Below are positions 11,662 through 25,369 of a stretch of DNA of 64,000 bases, piece after piece (the first letter of the stretch is position 1; every line of letters begins with the position of its first letter). Source of the stretch: Neoechinorhynchus agilis. Taxonomy: Eukaryota > Animalia > Acanthocephala. The position numbers and the translations under genes are program-made. The DNA lies in contig CM121342.1 in the NCBI GenBank assembly GCA_051530055.1, positions 1,832,797 to 1,896,796 on the forward strand, in the 5' to 3' direction. Below the pieces are notes generated by a model. It saw only the letters and a program-made list of their open reading frames with translations. It had not been told where the DNA came from and did no database searches.

Positions 11662-13787
11662 AAAACACCAAGACTACATTTCAGTTTCGTTTTGAGAACG
11701 AAGGAATCAATCGTAATCATGGGATTTCATACGTTAAGTCTTGAGTTCGTTGGCGTATTCATCCGTGTTCCATAAAGGCAAAACCAGCATTCATCACAAA
11801 TAATTGGATTCCTCACGCGGACGAAACTTCAAATTCGTGTTGAAAACGATGGAATCGGTCGTAATCATGGTATTTCATACGTTAAGCCTTGAGATCGTTC
11901 GCATATTCATCCGTGTTCCATAAAGGCAAAACCAGTATTCGTAACAAATCACTGTAGCTTTAATCTCAAACAACGAACATAATGGCGACTCTTCGGTTTC
12001 GTGTTTAAAACCATTTATACGTTTTTATTCAATGGATTGTATACCTTAAGCCCTGACTTCTAGAACATGTTTATCCGTGTTCCATAAAGGCAAAACCAGT
12101 ATTCGTAACAAATCATTGGAGGCTTCATGCGGAACAGAAAACAACAAGACGACACTCAGTTTGATGTTGAGGACGAAGGAATCGATCGTAATCATGGGAT
12201 TTCATACGCTAAGTCATGAGTTCGTTGGCGTATTCATCCGTGTTCCATAAAGGCAAAACCAGTATTCATACCAAATCACTGTACCTTTAATCTCAAACAA
12301 CGAACACAATGGCGACTCTTCGGTTTCGCGCTTAAAACCATTTATACGTTTTTATTCAATGGATTGTATACCCTAAGTCCTGACTTCTAGAACATGTTTA
12401 CCCGTGTTCCATAAAGGCAAAACCAGTATTCGTAACAAATCATTGGAGGCTTCATGCGGAACAGAAAACAACAAGACGACACTCAGTTTCGTGTTGAGAA
12501 CGAAGGAATCGATCGTAATCATGGGTTTCATACGTTAAGTCATGAGTTCTTGGCGTATTCATCCGTGTTCCATAAAGGCAAAACCAGTATTCGTAACAAA
12601 TCACTGTAGCTTTAATCTCAAACAACGAACACAATGGCGACTCTTCGGTTTCGCGCTTAAAACCATTTATACGTTTTTATTCAATGGATTGTATACCCTA
12701 AGTCCTGACTTCTAGAACATGTTTACCCGTGTTCCATAAAGGCAAAACCAGTATTCGTAACAAATCATTGGAGGCTTCATGCGGAACAGAAAACAACAAG
12801 ACGACACTTCAGTTTCGTGTTGAGAACGAAGGAATCAATCGTAATCATGGGTTGTATACCTTAAATCCTTACTTCTAGAACATGTTCATCCGTGTTCCAT
12901 AAAGGCAAAACCAGTATTCGTAACAAATCATTGGAGGCTTCATGCGGAACAGAAAATACCAAGACGAAACTTCAAATTCGTGTTGAAAACGATGGAATCG
13001 GTCGTAATCATGGGATTTCATACGTTAAGCCTTGAGATCGTTCGCATATTCATCCGTGTTCCATAAAGGCAAAACCAGTATTCGTAACAAATCACTGTAG
13101 CTTTAATCTCAAACAACGAACATAATGGCGACTCTTCGGTTTCGTGTTTAAAACCATTTATACGTTTTTATTCAATGGATTGTATACCCTAAGCCCTGAC
13201 TTCTAGAACATGTTTATCCGTGTTCCATAAAGGCAAAACCAGTATTCGTAACAAATCATTGGAGGCTTCATGCGGAACAGAAAACACCAAGACGACACTT
13301 CAGTTTCGTGTTGAGAACGAAGGAATCGATCGTAATCATGGGATTTCATACGTTAAGTCTTGAGTTCGTTGGCGTATTCATCCGTGTTCCATAAAGGCAA
13401 AACCAGTATTCGTAGCAATTCATTGTAGCTTTTATCTCAAACAACGAACACAATGGCGACTCTTCGGTTTCGTGTTTAAAACCATTTATACGTTTTTATT
13501 CAATGGATTGTATACCCTAAGTCCTGACTTCTAGAACATGTTTATCCGTGTTCCATAAAGGCAAAACCAGTATTCGTAACAAATCATTGGAGGCTTCATG
13601 CGGAACAGAAAACAACAAGACGACACTCAGTTTGATGTTGAGGACGAAGGAATCGATCGTAATCATGGGATTTCATACGTTAAGTCTTGAGTTCGTTGGC
13701 GTATTCATCCGTGTTCCACAAAGGCAAAACCAGTATTCGTAACAAATCACTGTAGCTTTAATCTCAAACAACGAATACAAGGGCGAC
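11662..13787. repeat. Satellite array, ~164-bp A/B monomers (~13 units), right part
   Basis: Same monomers as 6816-7728, resuming at the base where the left array stops. Confidence 0.95.
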
Positions 13788-14242
13788 TTATCTTGTCGGC
13801 CGATGAACTTGACACTTCAGTTACTCGTTTAAATGCTACAAAGTAATTCCGCATTGTAAGAATGGACTCTTCTTTTTGCACTTGAGACGCCCATGAACAT
13901 GATTTTATTGATGTAGTCACGTGGAAGAGTGATACCGACCTCCAAGACTTATCTATCTACGACAGGGACGTCTATTTTGCCAATAGCATCAGGCATCACA
14001 CTTTCTCCCAACAGCTAGATCTTCTCCATTGTCTGTCACATTTAATGATAGACATGTCAACATATGAAATGAAGGCACGTCTCCACATTTGCACATAATG
14101 CCACTGGTGGCAGCCGACCTAATCAGCCTACCCTCAATCCCTCGCGTTGCTTCTATTTTTCGCGCGTATATTCTGCCTCTCATCCACACACATACACATA
14201 AATACGGTCCTTTTCGATCCATCCTCTCACAAATCCCAGACA

Positions 14243-14638
14243 ATGCATCTCCTGCTCTTCTCTCTTGCTGCCATCATGAGCTTTGCTCTGGCTGAAGTTC
14301 CTATTCATCTAGTTGGCGATGAGATCCGTGAGTGCACAGTGCCCGGCAAACATCGAGTAATCAGCACACGGATCGATGCGTGCCACTCATATATCGACGG
14401 AGTCTGCTATTTGGCAACTAATAAACGAGCGATTCTTACCACTGTATTTGCCAGAGGAAACCTCGATGACCGAGCCGTCGATGGGCTCAGTGTGATTCCT
14501 ACTGTCAAAATCCCATATGGAGACGTTGTAGAACGAAAGGAACCAAAAGATAGCTATGTGGTTACCTGCGATCTTAAGACTTGCACATTGGTTCATGACT
14601 TTGTCATTGAGGATGTTTACCCCAAGGTTCGTCCATAA
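14243..14638 (+). CDS. Secreted protein, 131 aa, possible ML/NPC2-like lipid-binding domain
   Basis: Signal peptide MHLLLFSLAAIMSFALA; ECTVPGKHRVISTRIDACHSYIDGVCYL has Cys spacing like the ML-domain N-terminus; 5 Cys. Confidence 0.5.
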   Translation: MHLLLFSLAAIMSFALAEVPIHLVGDEIRECTVPGKHRVISTRIDACHSYIDGVCYLATNKRAILTTVFARGNLDDRAVDGLSVIPTVKIPYGDVVERKEPKDSYVVTCDLKTCTLVHDFVIEDVYPKVRP

Positions 14639-15639
14639 GATTAATTTAAACCTAAACATTTTGTTTTAGATTGAAGTCGAGATCGATTACGGAGTCTTTA
14701 GGCGAATGAGCCCTGATAAAGTATTTTGCTTTAAACAACCAGTCAAAATCGTTGGATGAGCGAAGTTAAAGACAACATTAGGGGATCAGGACTGAGCTTA
14801 AAAGAAAAAATAAAGTTGTTCTAAATGTTGGCCATAGGTTTGGCATAGTGAAGTGGAAAATTATCAATTGCATTTGATCTTTACATGCACTTCAACGAAA
14901 GTTTAATGCGGCGAAATGACTAAAAGAACTACAAACGGTCGAAAATCCTATAAAGGAATGATTACTGATCATCACATTTATGATTAATTCACAGCGTTGT
15001 TTAAATCTTTTAGCGGACTTATTGGATGAAATTGAGATAGATTACTAAAAAAGGTTGCAGTTTTAAAAGTAATACCTTGTGAAAAGGGTTAATCAAGGCT
15101 AAAATAGGTGGTTAATTGGTAAATAAAAATTTGCGAGTCAGAAATAATTTTATTAATTTTATAATAGTACAATTTTTTCTGCATTACATTTTGAATTTTC
15201 GGGGAGTCGACAAATCACATTTAGTGTTCCTCCTTAACATGCATTATTTTTTAACTAAATGCTTTCAATGGTTTCTTAAATTTTGATTTCAAGAAATAAT
15301 AAATACAGCCCAAATGCAGCGAATCTTTAAAAAAATTACTCACATAGCATTTTCAATAATCGGACCAAAAGTATCCAAATGTGATAACTATCGTGGAACA
15401 TAGGTAGTATTTTGTAAATTTCTAATAAGTGTCAAGTTTTTGTTAATAATCCAGTTAGGACTTTTTGTCATCGTTTAAATCATTTATGAAGTCCGATGTT
15501 TTTGGAAGAAATTTTAAATACGACTTTGATTAATGGTACTTGCCAAGTTTATCAACCCCAAGCCGCCTTTTATCGCCCATTCGTTACTTTTATCGGAATC
15601 TCACAATTAAAGTACAACAATCTATTAAGCCATTCTCAA

Positions 15640-17263
15640 TCATTGCCTCCTATTGGTCCAAACGACACTGTCGTCATCGATACACACTGCATCACATTGT
15701 AGAGAAAATCCTTTAGATTGCATCGGTACGAATTGTTTAGTTCCCAAATGGTATTTGAGATACTTGATAACAATTGATTCATCAATTTCTGATGGTCCAG
15801 TTCCAATCATCTTACTTGCTGTTCTAAAATTCGATCTTTTATTTGTCTTAAAATAGTACAAGGCTCGATATTGAAGCCGATGATCCCTTTGAGAACTGAT
15901 GTGAATTGCTAGACACCCAAGATACATCAGAACTTTAAAAGAAGAACATAGTGACTGCATTCCGAAGATTCTAAAGCTTTTTTATGATGCCCATCAAGTT
16001 TCTGTAAAACTTCGGTCAAAAGTCTCTTATTCACTAAACCAGCCAAGACTGACATTGAAAGTGCAATACTTATGGCTTTGTAGTTGTCGTGGGTTTTTAA
16101 AGGAGTGAACAATGAAGGAGTCAAACGTTGTCGTTGATTCCGTGTTCGAATCCGACGGTCATCGAGATTCATTGTTTTACTTCGAACGATCGGTAAAGAG
16201 TTTCTTTGATTATCGAGCTCTCCTGAAGGACTTGCTAAATCTTCATCCAGAGAATCCATTTCGTTTTCCTTTGCCCCTTTATAATCGAACAATCGGGCTC
16301 GATCGTCGCTCATGCTTCTCCAACACGTAAAACTAAGACCGCCTTTACTTTTCCGAAATGTGGGATATTGATTGATTTGATCGTTGGGTAAAGGATCAAT
16401 CGGAAGGGATTGAACGTCCTGATTTCTACAAATGAAACGCTCCAATCTCGATCGAAATAACTGTGACAGAGTTTCAAAGTCGCATTGAGGGATGAATTTA
16501 AAGAGTTCAACTAGCACACCGAGCATCGTGACGCTCGCCTCTTTTGGTTTGATATTTTCAAGATCTTCTTTGGCGGTAGGAAGCGAACGTATAGCTGCCT
16601 TAAGCGTGGGTGATGGATCGCTTGACATATCGGACAAAAATCGAGCGCAAGTCTGGTGATTTTTGACACAATCCAAGATTGGCAAAACCATTTTGCTCTC
16701 GTCTACAATATCATCTCCGTCGTCTCACTTTTGCTTCGTTCCCCCTTATTTGCAGAAGTGAAACTTAAAACTATGATAGTTCCGGATAATTCATTTCTAC
16801 CGCTAAATCCGAAGTTTTCAAATTCAAATTCCTTAAAGTAAAAGAGAAGAATGAGAGCGAAGATGTATCCAGTCACGAGATCCGAGTCGATTTGGTGAAT
16901 GAAATGAAAAGGCGAAGAATTCGATGTAATGCTGGAGTGTTCCATCACAACACGTGAATGAATCAAAGAGCAATGCGCAATCAGTGAATTAAGCCAACTT
17001 TTCAGAGCTGAGCACCAATCATACCATGAACCGTGTACTTTACATAAAGACGTAGTGATTCCAAGCACTTCAGCCTCCTTTGACCGAATGAGTTGTATAG
17101 GCAGATTTTCAAAACAATGTAGAAGGATTTGAGCGTCCATGTTGACCTGAAGATCACACGATAAAGCAGCCATTTTCTCTAGGGAAATTCTATTTAAACG
17201 TTCAACAATATCGTCTTCTGATTTAACGGCTTCATACCAATTTAGCCTTGATTCACTTTCCAT
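15640..17263 (-). CDS. Hypothetical protein; predicted introns 16832-16876 (45 nt), 16703-16728 (26 nt), 15933-15955 (23 nt)
   Basis: Three long adjacent ORFs are joined in frame by phase-compatible GT-AG introns; TTTCAG lies 5 nt before the ATG; no family recognised. Confidence 0.6.
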
Positions 17264-17799
17264 TGGTTCTGAAATGTGCAACCGGTTTGAAAGTGATTTT
17301 ATAAGGGAATATGATATCGTAATTGTTAGGGATTGTTTCTGGTTTAAATACCTTTTATAGCTTGATACCAAAAACATTTGTTGATTTCCCTTTTCGGTGA
17401 ATTTCCAAACCACAAAATAATACAATTGGCAAATCTGCTTATAAATAAAATACATGAAACGTTTTAGGGCAAAATTATTATTGGCATTTATGAGCTTTTA
17501 TGTTTAACGTCACATTAATGGTTTCATCCTGTGTGGAAGAGAATAAGTCATAAATGTAAACAAGAGTTATGCCGTGGATGATGCAATTTTAGACGTGAAT
17601 TTACGATGCAAGGAAAAACGTTCTTAGGATTTAAGGTGAAAAAACTGCGAAGCACTATCGGTTATGTTCGTCATAATCGTAACTCTAATTTTCTGTTTTT
17701 TCACCAAAAACGTTCCAGATTTTAGGCTATGATTTAATTCAAGGGAAAAGATACTTCCTTTTGATAGTTATAGCACTCCGGAGTTAAATTTACTACCTT

Positions 17800-18190
17800 A
17801 TTTCCGATACTACACGTCTGAGAATTCTGACATTAATAAGGTTTGCCATTATTTGTGAGTTTTCCAGACGAAATATCGGTAATAAATTAGTTAATTTAAC
17901 TCCGGGGTGGCAAAACTATCAACAGGGAGAAGAGTTTTCTATATTTTCAGTCACAAAACCAAACTAATCAAGGTAGAATTTTATTTTACCGCCTACAAAA
18001 ATGTATTACAGAAAGCATAAATTAAAAGCTAATTAATTACGAACTTTCAAATAAGGGCAAATCTTGATGATGTTGGATTTGTCCGGCGAAATATCGATAA
18101 TAATTAGTCAATTTAACTTTGGGGCGGCAAAACTACCAAAAGGAAGTTGAGTTTTCTATATTTTCAGTCGCATAATCAAATTAATCAAGA
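17800..18190. repeat. Family A repeat copies including a degenerate hammerhead-like core at 18064-18095
   Basis: ttgatga-t-GTTGGA-tttg-TCCGGC-GAAA-tatc-gat; downstream aataattag...ggggcggcaaaactaccaaaag as in other copies. Confidence 0.6.
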
Positions 18191-19345
18191 TACAATTTAT
18201 GCAAAAATATATTGTAACGGAAAGCATAGGCAGAAATCTAATAAACTGCGATTTCGAAATACATTATCGGGTTTTTAAACACTTTTAGATTAGGATATTT
18301 TTTTGTCAGACGCATATCCCCAGAATTCAGGGCTTGAAAAAAATTAGCTTGAACTTCAGAGTACCACGAAGTAGGCAAAATCCAATATCTACTATACACA
18401 TTTAAATGTTTTCCTTTACAACAATAGCCACTTTGAGTTTATCGGCATAATTTACATTGAATAGTATATTTGAAATATACGATCTCGCAAATCACAAATC
18501 AGGCAACATTGGTTTGTAGAGGTTTCACAACTAGTTTTTATCCGGTCTAATTGCCAGATAATGGTTCTAGAAACAAAAACCTCCGTGATATCTAAAACGC
18601 TTCTTATAGAGCACGCCGAAATCCCCTATGACAAACGAATTTAATAGCAAGCCCAAAAGGCAACAAGTGAAAACTCGAACTACTCTTCTCATTAGTTTCC
18701 AAAAATGATATAACCTTATTAAAACTTGAAGAGTCCATAAATATCCATAAAAAGCTACAAATTAAATTTTCTCGGTTTAAAATCGACTATCCTGCCAACA
18801 TATTGATTTTTCATCTATTTGTGCACAAGATCTTCAGCACAGATGAAATCGATTGTGTGAACGGAGTATTAACGACGAACAATTTCTCGTAAATCTTGAG
18901 GTATTTTAACACGCAACTCGCGCCAATTGATAACAAGACAAGAGCTGGAATCCTATGCCGTTTTAAATACTCCTGCCGGCGTTAGTAAATGCCAATTTTC
19001 TGTTGTTATCCAGCGCAAACGCCGAACCAGCTTGGCAAACTTATGGCACGAAAATGTCGACGCGAATAAGAGCGCCGGAGTAGATGTTCGTGGTACCCGG
19101 TACTTACTGAAATGCGTCATATCACGCGAGGGGAACGAATAAATTTTCCTGGGCCTTTACAGGTGGAACGGACTTTTATTAACGTTCTTATGTTTAAGCA
19201 AATCTGGTCCGGATCCTGGAGCTTAAGGCATATCGGTGTTTGCAAATTTATGTAGATGGCTCGTAATACTTCTGTCAGACTCCTTTATACTCTAAAATGG
19301 AGTAAAATCAATTCAAACCACAATTCACAATCTTAAAATTCTTTT

Positions 19346-22300
19346 TTAATGGACGTCGATCCTAAACTCATACTCCTGATCCAGACCAATAAAAGTATCA
19401 CTCATGAGTTGAAATGTGAGTTTATCTGCGCCAGTAGACGGTGTGAACGTTACTTGAACTTTTTGATGCTGTCGTCGTCCCATATTAAATCGTTTAAGTG
19501 CAACCAGTTCGTCATTTGTGGCAAGAACGCAAATCCATCCGCCGTCGTATTTCAAGTTCGAAAATAGCCGCGTTAAATGACAAACGAGTAAGTATTTCTT
19601 TTGCGAAGATAGAGACACTAACGATTCACAAGACTTGTTGCTTTCAACGTCAATGAAATCAAAATTTAGTTGAAGAAGAGGAATTTGAAGAAGACGTTGA
19701 TAAATCTGGTTCACCTGGCACACCTTAAAATGTTTCTTAAGAAACTCACGACTATCCTTTCTTGATTGCACGTAGAAAGCAAGTTCGGGTAGGGTCTTGA
19801 GATTCAATTCCTCGATGCTGGTTTCGTCCATCATAGTCCGGAGTTCATTTTCGTAGATCCAAATAGCTTGTTTGGTCATTTGCATGATGATAACAATGAG
19901 AAGTGAAGTGTTCAGAAAAGCATGATTGGCTGATACGTCCAAAGCGGCTTGGAGAACTCGGTATATTTGGTCAATAACACTCTTGAGGTCAGTTCGAAAA
20001 TCAGAAATGGGCATTTCGGATCGCGAGAAATGCGCTTGTAGAAGAAGAAACGTTTTTGTGTTTGGAGACTCGAAATCGGGATTCTGGATACTCAACGGGA
20101 GAGCGTTAGCGAAGTCCGCACACAGTTTGTCTTCATTGTGACGGACGGGCAATTCTGAGAACTCTTTAGCATCACTTACTAGCTTTAACACTTCAGTCAG
20201 TGACATTTGCTCGACTAACTTTGTTCGAAACAAATAGAGTGTTTCATGAGAAAGATAATAATAGGATGCAATCGCACCATAGACGGTCGTAGTGATTTCT
20301 TCATCATCCAATCGTTCAACACATCCGGACGAGACGAGTTGGTCCAATGTGGATCTAACGAGTTGGTCTAGAAAAGTGTTAAGTTCCGAAAGGTTGTCGA
20401 GTTTATAGTAACTCGGATTTCGAAGGAGTCTTCTAAAGAAATAAGTCCATGTGAGATAATCGATGGCATCCGCCACGCTTGTGACGGTAAGAGTAGCCAC
20501 TTCGGCGTTCAAATGATCTGGAAGGACTTGAAGAAGACTCGATTCAACAGGAAACGGTTCATACAGAAACTTTTTATAAAAGTCTTTTTTTGTGTCCTGA
20601 ACCATAATCACAGCAACTCCACTTGTATCAAATTGAGGACGTCCTGCTCGACCCATCATTTGAAGGACGTCCGTGATTGGGTAATCAACGTATTTGTGAG
20701 TTTTCCCGTCGTAAAACTCAGTTCCTTTGACGACCACCAAATGAGCAGGTAAATTCACCCCCCATGCAAGAGTCGCTGTACTCACAAGAACTTGAATCTT
20801 GCATTCACTAAACAGATTTTCAACTATTTTCCGATCGCGATCACAAAGACCGGCGTGATGAAGCCCAATTCCAAAAGCAAGGCACAAATGGAGATTTGGA
20901 TCACGAATTAAACTTGTGAAATTTGCTAATTCATCCTCTGGCATATGAAGCCAGTGTTTAGGACAACCATCAGCAGCTAGATGAGAAACAAGATCCAGAG
21001 CCGTAAGACGGGTTTGTCGCCGCGATGCCACGAACACAATAGCTGGCTTATTTGGAGAATAAGTTCGAATCGCGTGATAGCATGGTTTGTTCATTAAAGC
21101 CATCCTTGGGCAGTAATGTTCGCCAGGATAACCGGATATGTGTGCTTCTAAAGGAACCGGTCTCACAGAACTTCTAAAATTGTACAAACCACAGCTATGC
21201 GGTTTAATCCCCAACCAATCACCAAGATCAACTGCGTTGGCAACGGCAGTGGAAAGACCGATGAGACGTGTCGTTTGATGTCGATGAGCAGTTACATAGT
21301 TTGCCCGACTGACAATCGCCTCCAACACAGGCCCTCGATCTTCCCCCAATAAATGAATTTCGTCAATAATCACGAGAGCAACTCGTCCTACATACTCTCT
21401 CGATCTCCACATTCTGCTCACCCCGTCCCATTTCTCAGGGGTAGTTACTATAATATCTGCGTTTTGCAGCTGTTTCCAGTTTGGAGTGTAATCGCCAGTA
21501 AGTTCAACCACTTGCTTATCAAGAACATCCTTGAATCTCTTACCCCAGTCGTTTACTCTTTCCCGCACCAGAGCTTTCATGGGAGCCACGTACACAGCTT
21601 TGTATCCTGGAGATTTTGTGAACAAACGTAGAATAGCGATTTCAGCAACGATGGTCTTTCCAGAGCCTGTTGGTGCGCCCAATAGGACATTTGAGTCCGT
21701 GTGGTATAGACAATGAAATAATTGCGTTTGAATGGGATTAAACGTTTCAAAATTTTGATAAAGTAGTTCAAATCGATTGTTGTTAAGAGCAGTTTTTGGA
21801 AGAGGGGTAAGTGGAAGTAATTCAGTGTGTGGCCGGTGGTATTCTGGTAGGATTAGATGCTGAAAGGAAACTGGACACGTCTGATCGGTTCCAAAGAATC
21901 GATCGGAACAGCAACGTAGTAAATACTGTGAAGGAAGAGGTTCGGATATTGGAATAGTAAATGATACTGATTGAATGTACTCGATGCGAACTTGCTTTTT
22001 GTTGAATACTATCGACTGGGAATGATAGATAAAATCGGTTATCGGGTCTTCTAGCCACAGCCAAAAAATTGACGAAGAGCTGCCGTGATGAGCGTCACTC
22101 CATTTAAATGCTGGAGTTAGAGAAACAGATATTTTGAGCACTGAGCGCGTCAATGGTTGAACTGAAATTACTTGAATATCGAGTTGAGGTAAATGAGTGC
22201 ATAGACGCTTCAAATGATGAGCCATTTGCATTTGATGAACGATTCCGCCGAGTTCTTGTGCGCTCATTTCCATAATGACGTCTGGAGTAAGGTTAGACTG

Positions 22301-25300
22301 TTCAACTTTGATTATCATTTCACATGGAGCGTTCAGTTGGCGTAAACTATAGTGATTCTTGGTTATTGACAAGGGAAGACTTTGAAAAGATGATCAAATA
22401 CGCAAGAGTTCAAGGTTCATCGGGTAATTTCTCTAACAAGAACCACTACCGTGCAAAGGACTAAAAAAGTGCCAGCAACGCTGTTGAAATGCTCTTGCCA
22501 TCAGAAGACACCGCGATGCCATGAGTGCTCGATTTCGTTTTATTGCAATCAGAAACAACGCCCTTAGAATTCGTCCAGCATTTTGACTTACATAATTGAT
22601 ATCAGCATTTAAAGAATGAGTTTTTACTTCTGCTTGGCTCATGTATGCCTGAATAAGAACAAAGGCCTTTGTGTCACCAGTAGTGGCCTGAGCAGCTTTT
22701 GCGAGCGGAATCTCGCACTCATCTTCATAAAGTCGATCCAGTTCAGCTGTCTCATCGTCCCGGACTTTTAGTTGTCTAAACTCTGATGCATTTGCAACGA
22801 GATCAAGGACGTCTGAATCAGTCATCAGAACTGAATCCATCCGTTCATTAATTAATTCGATTGTTTCATATCGAATGTAGAAATGGCTAGCAATCCGTCC
22901 CAAATCCGTAGCGAACAAGTATTCGTTTAGAGGATCGAAGCGAACCATTTTAGCTTCTTCAAGAGCATTAACAGTTTTTAAAACAACATTTCGGCGATAT
23001 AAAGCAAGATTTGGATCATTTGATAAGTCTGCAAGCGTTAGGCCGTAGGCTTGTGGATTAGAAAGTAAACGTACGTAAAAGTAAGTATCAGACAACCAAC
23101 GGACAGCTTCATCGACACTGGTGACAGTTCCCAAAACAATTTCAGCATTCAGCCAATCAGCGAGTGAATTCAAAAGTTTGCTCTCGATTGGATTTTGTCG
23201 CATTGCTAATTGAATATAGCTTTGGAATTTATCTCGAGTGGTTATGATGATTCCGTGCCCACGATTGTCGAACTGGGGTCTGCCTGCTCGTCCGAATATC
23301 TGAAGAACATCTAAAATTCCGATATCCACAAATGCTCCTTTTTTCGATTCGTAAATTTCTGTGCCTTTTATGAGCACGGCGTGAGCGGGTAGATTGATTC
23401 CCCAAGCAAGTGTAGCCGTTGAGACGAGAACTCGGGTTTTGCTTCTTCGAAAAAGTTTCTCAACCAACATTCGGTCGCTTCTCACCATGCCTGCATGATG
23501 TATTCCTACTCCGTGTTGAAGGAGATTGTAAAGAGCTCGATGTTGGATGTTTGAGGGTAGGCGTTCTCCTGACATTGCTTCAGATATAATACTAAGCTTT
23601 TGTCTAAGGAATTGATCGACTAAATACGTGGCTGTTCGAAGTGTGGAATTTCTTGAATGGACAAAAACGATCACTTGGTTGTTTTGTCTCACTTCAGCCA
23701 ATACTTCTTGAAAGCAGATTTCGTCAAAAAGTCGCTGGCGGCCCAAAAGATCAGTCGAGGTGTTAATGCCGATGTATGTTTGATCCAGTGGAACCGGACG
23801 AAAGCCTTCGTCAAAATAAAAAAGTCCTTTATATGGGTTCACTCGAAGAAACTCAGCAACATCGATGTAATTGGGAAGAGTGGCGGATAAGCCAACGATT
23901 CGGATTGGTCGTTGGTATCGCTCGACTTGTCTTAACGTTCTTGCCACAATGCACTCAATCACAGGTCCTCGATCATCTTGTAAAAGATGAATTTCGTCGA
24001 TAATTATAAGCTTAACTAATCTCACAAATGAATCATCGCCTTCAGCACCAGTAATTTTTCGGGTGATAACGTCCCATTTCTCTGGAGTGGTCACAATCAA
24101 CTGAGTCTCTTGCATCTCCCTTTTGGTAAGTTGCATGTCTCCTGTTAACTCTCTAACTCTTATGTCGCCGAGTTTTGATAAACGGTCGGAGAAGTTCTCA
24201 GTCATTTCAGCTGCAAGAGCCTTCATAGGTGCCACATAGACTATTTTAAACGCATCTTTGTCGATAACAGGAAGCCGAGTGAATTTCTTAACGATATTAA
24301 GAATCGCCAATAAAGCGACGTTTGTTTTCCCTGCTCCAGTCGGGGCACAAACCAGCAAATTAACATTACTTTCATTGTAAGCTGCATTAAATACAGTACT
24401 TTGAATCGTATTGAGGTGGGAATGGGCAAATACTGAACTCAAAATCGGGTCGTTAAGTTCTGCGATTTCGATCTTAGGAACCGGGTGACTTTGGAATCGA
24501 TTCGCTGGAGCCGGAATGTGTATCCGTTCGAACGTGTCTCTAATACGGTGACTGGCGTTCGCAGGAAGAGCTAAAGATGCACCAGCGTGTTGCATGAATG
24601 CACCACGTGAATCAAATACAAATGGATAGCTTGGAATAACTTTTAGAGGTAAAACTTTCTCAATAACCGTTTCCCTTTTTAATTCAGTTGTCAATTGAGC
24701 GTACCGTTCATTTTTGAACGTCTTACCCTTCATTTCCCTCTTCAATTTTTTATTTACCTTAACGTCGGCTTCTGTTCTTACCAATGGCCGCAATTGCTGG
24801 TTTGGTTTCTTTAAAGATTCTAATATCACAGCGCGGTTAGTTACCAATTCAGAAACCAATTCAATTCGATCGTAGCCCAATAAATTTACAAGACTATCTT
24901 CAATGTCTATATTAGATTCGATTACTGTAATAACCGGATCGAACATGTCTTCACAACCGTTCAATCGATCCATCAACCATTGACGACCGTACTGCTTAGG
25001 TTTTACGACATCCACTTTATTCTTTTTTCGTATTTTTTCTAAAATTCTGTCTGCGATAACATAATCTTTTTTGAGTTCGTTAATTTTTGGAACCTCCATA
25101 GAGAATTCCTCTTCTTTGAAATCGAGGTTTCCTTTGACATGTTTAAGAGAAATGCTATCAAGAACATCAACGGTTACATCGTCTACAGAGTCAACAATTG
25201 TAGACCTAATCTTTTCTCTGAACTTTTGAACCTCATCTGGGCATAAATGTTTAGTGCCACGCCTGAATTCAAAAGCTTCTCTTTTGATAACCTTCTCTTT

Positions 25301-25369
25301 TTGTTCCTGTTCGTCAAATAATTCATTACGATAGAGGTCAGTAAATTTTTTACATTTTGAACCCTTCAT
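19346..25369 (-). CDS. ASCC3: ASCC3 Ski2-like helicase (two helicase plus Sec63 cassettes), single interruption near 22347-22449
   Basis: Both cassettes have intact motifs (APTGAGKT/DEIH; APTGSGKT/DEIH); HYCPRMALMNKP and KKDFYKKFLYEPFPVESSL are typical of ASCC3 rather than Brr2. Confidence 0.95.

Noticed and set aside
6816-13787. CRISPR-like or coding interpretation of the regular repeats and their short ORFs
   Set aside because: The intervening sequences are homologous rather than unique spacers, there are no cas genes, and the context is eukaryotic; the ORFs are by-products of the satellite.
22390-22435. Stop-codon reassignment or readthrough of the two in-frame stops in ASCC3
   Set aside because: It would insert about 35 residues into a conserved Sec63 motif, and all other genes end at standard stops.
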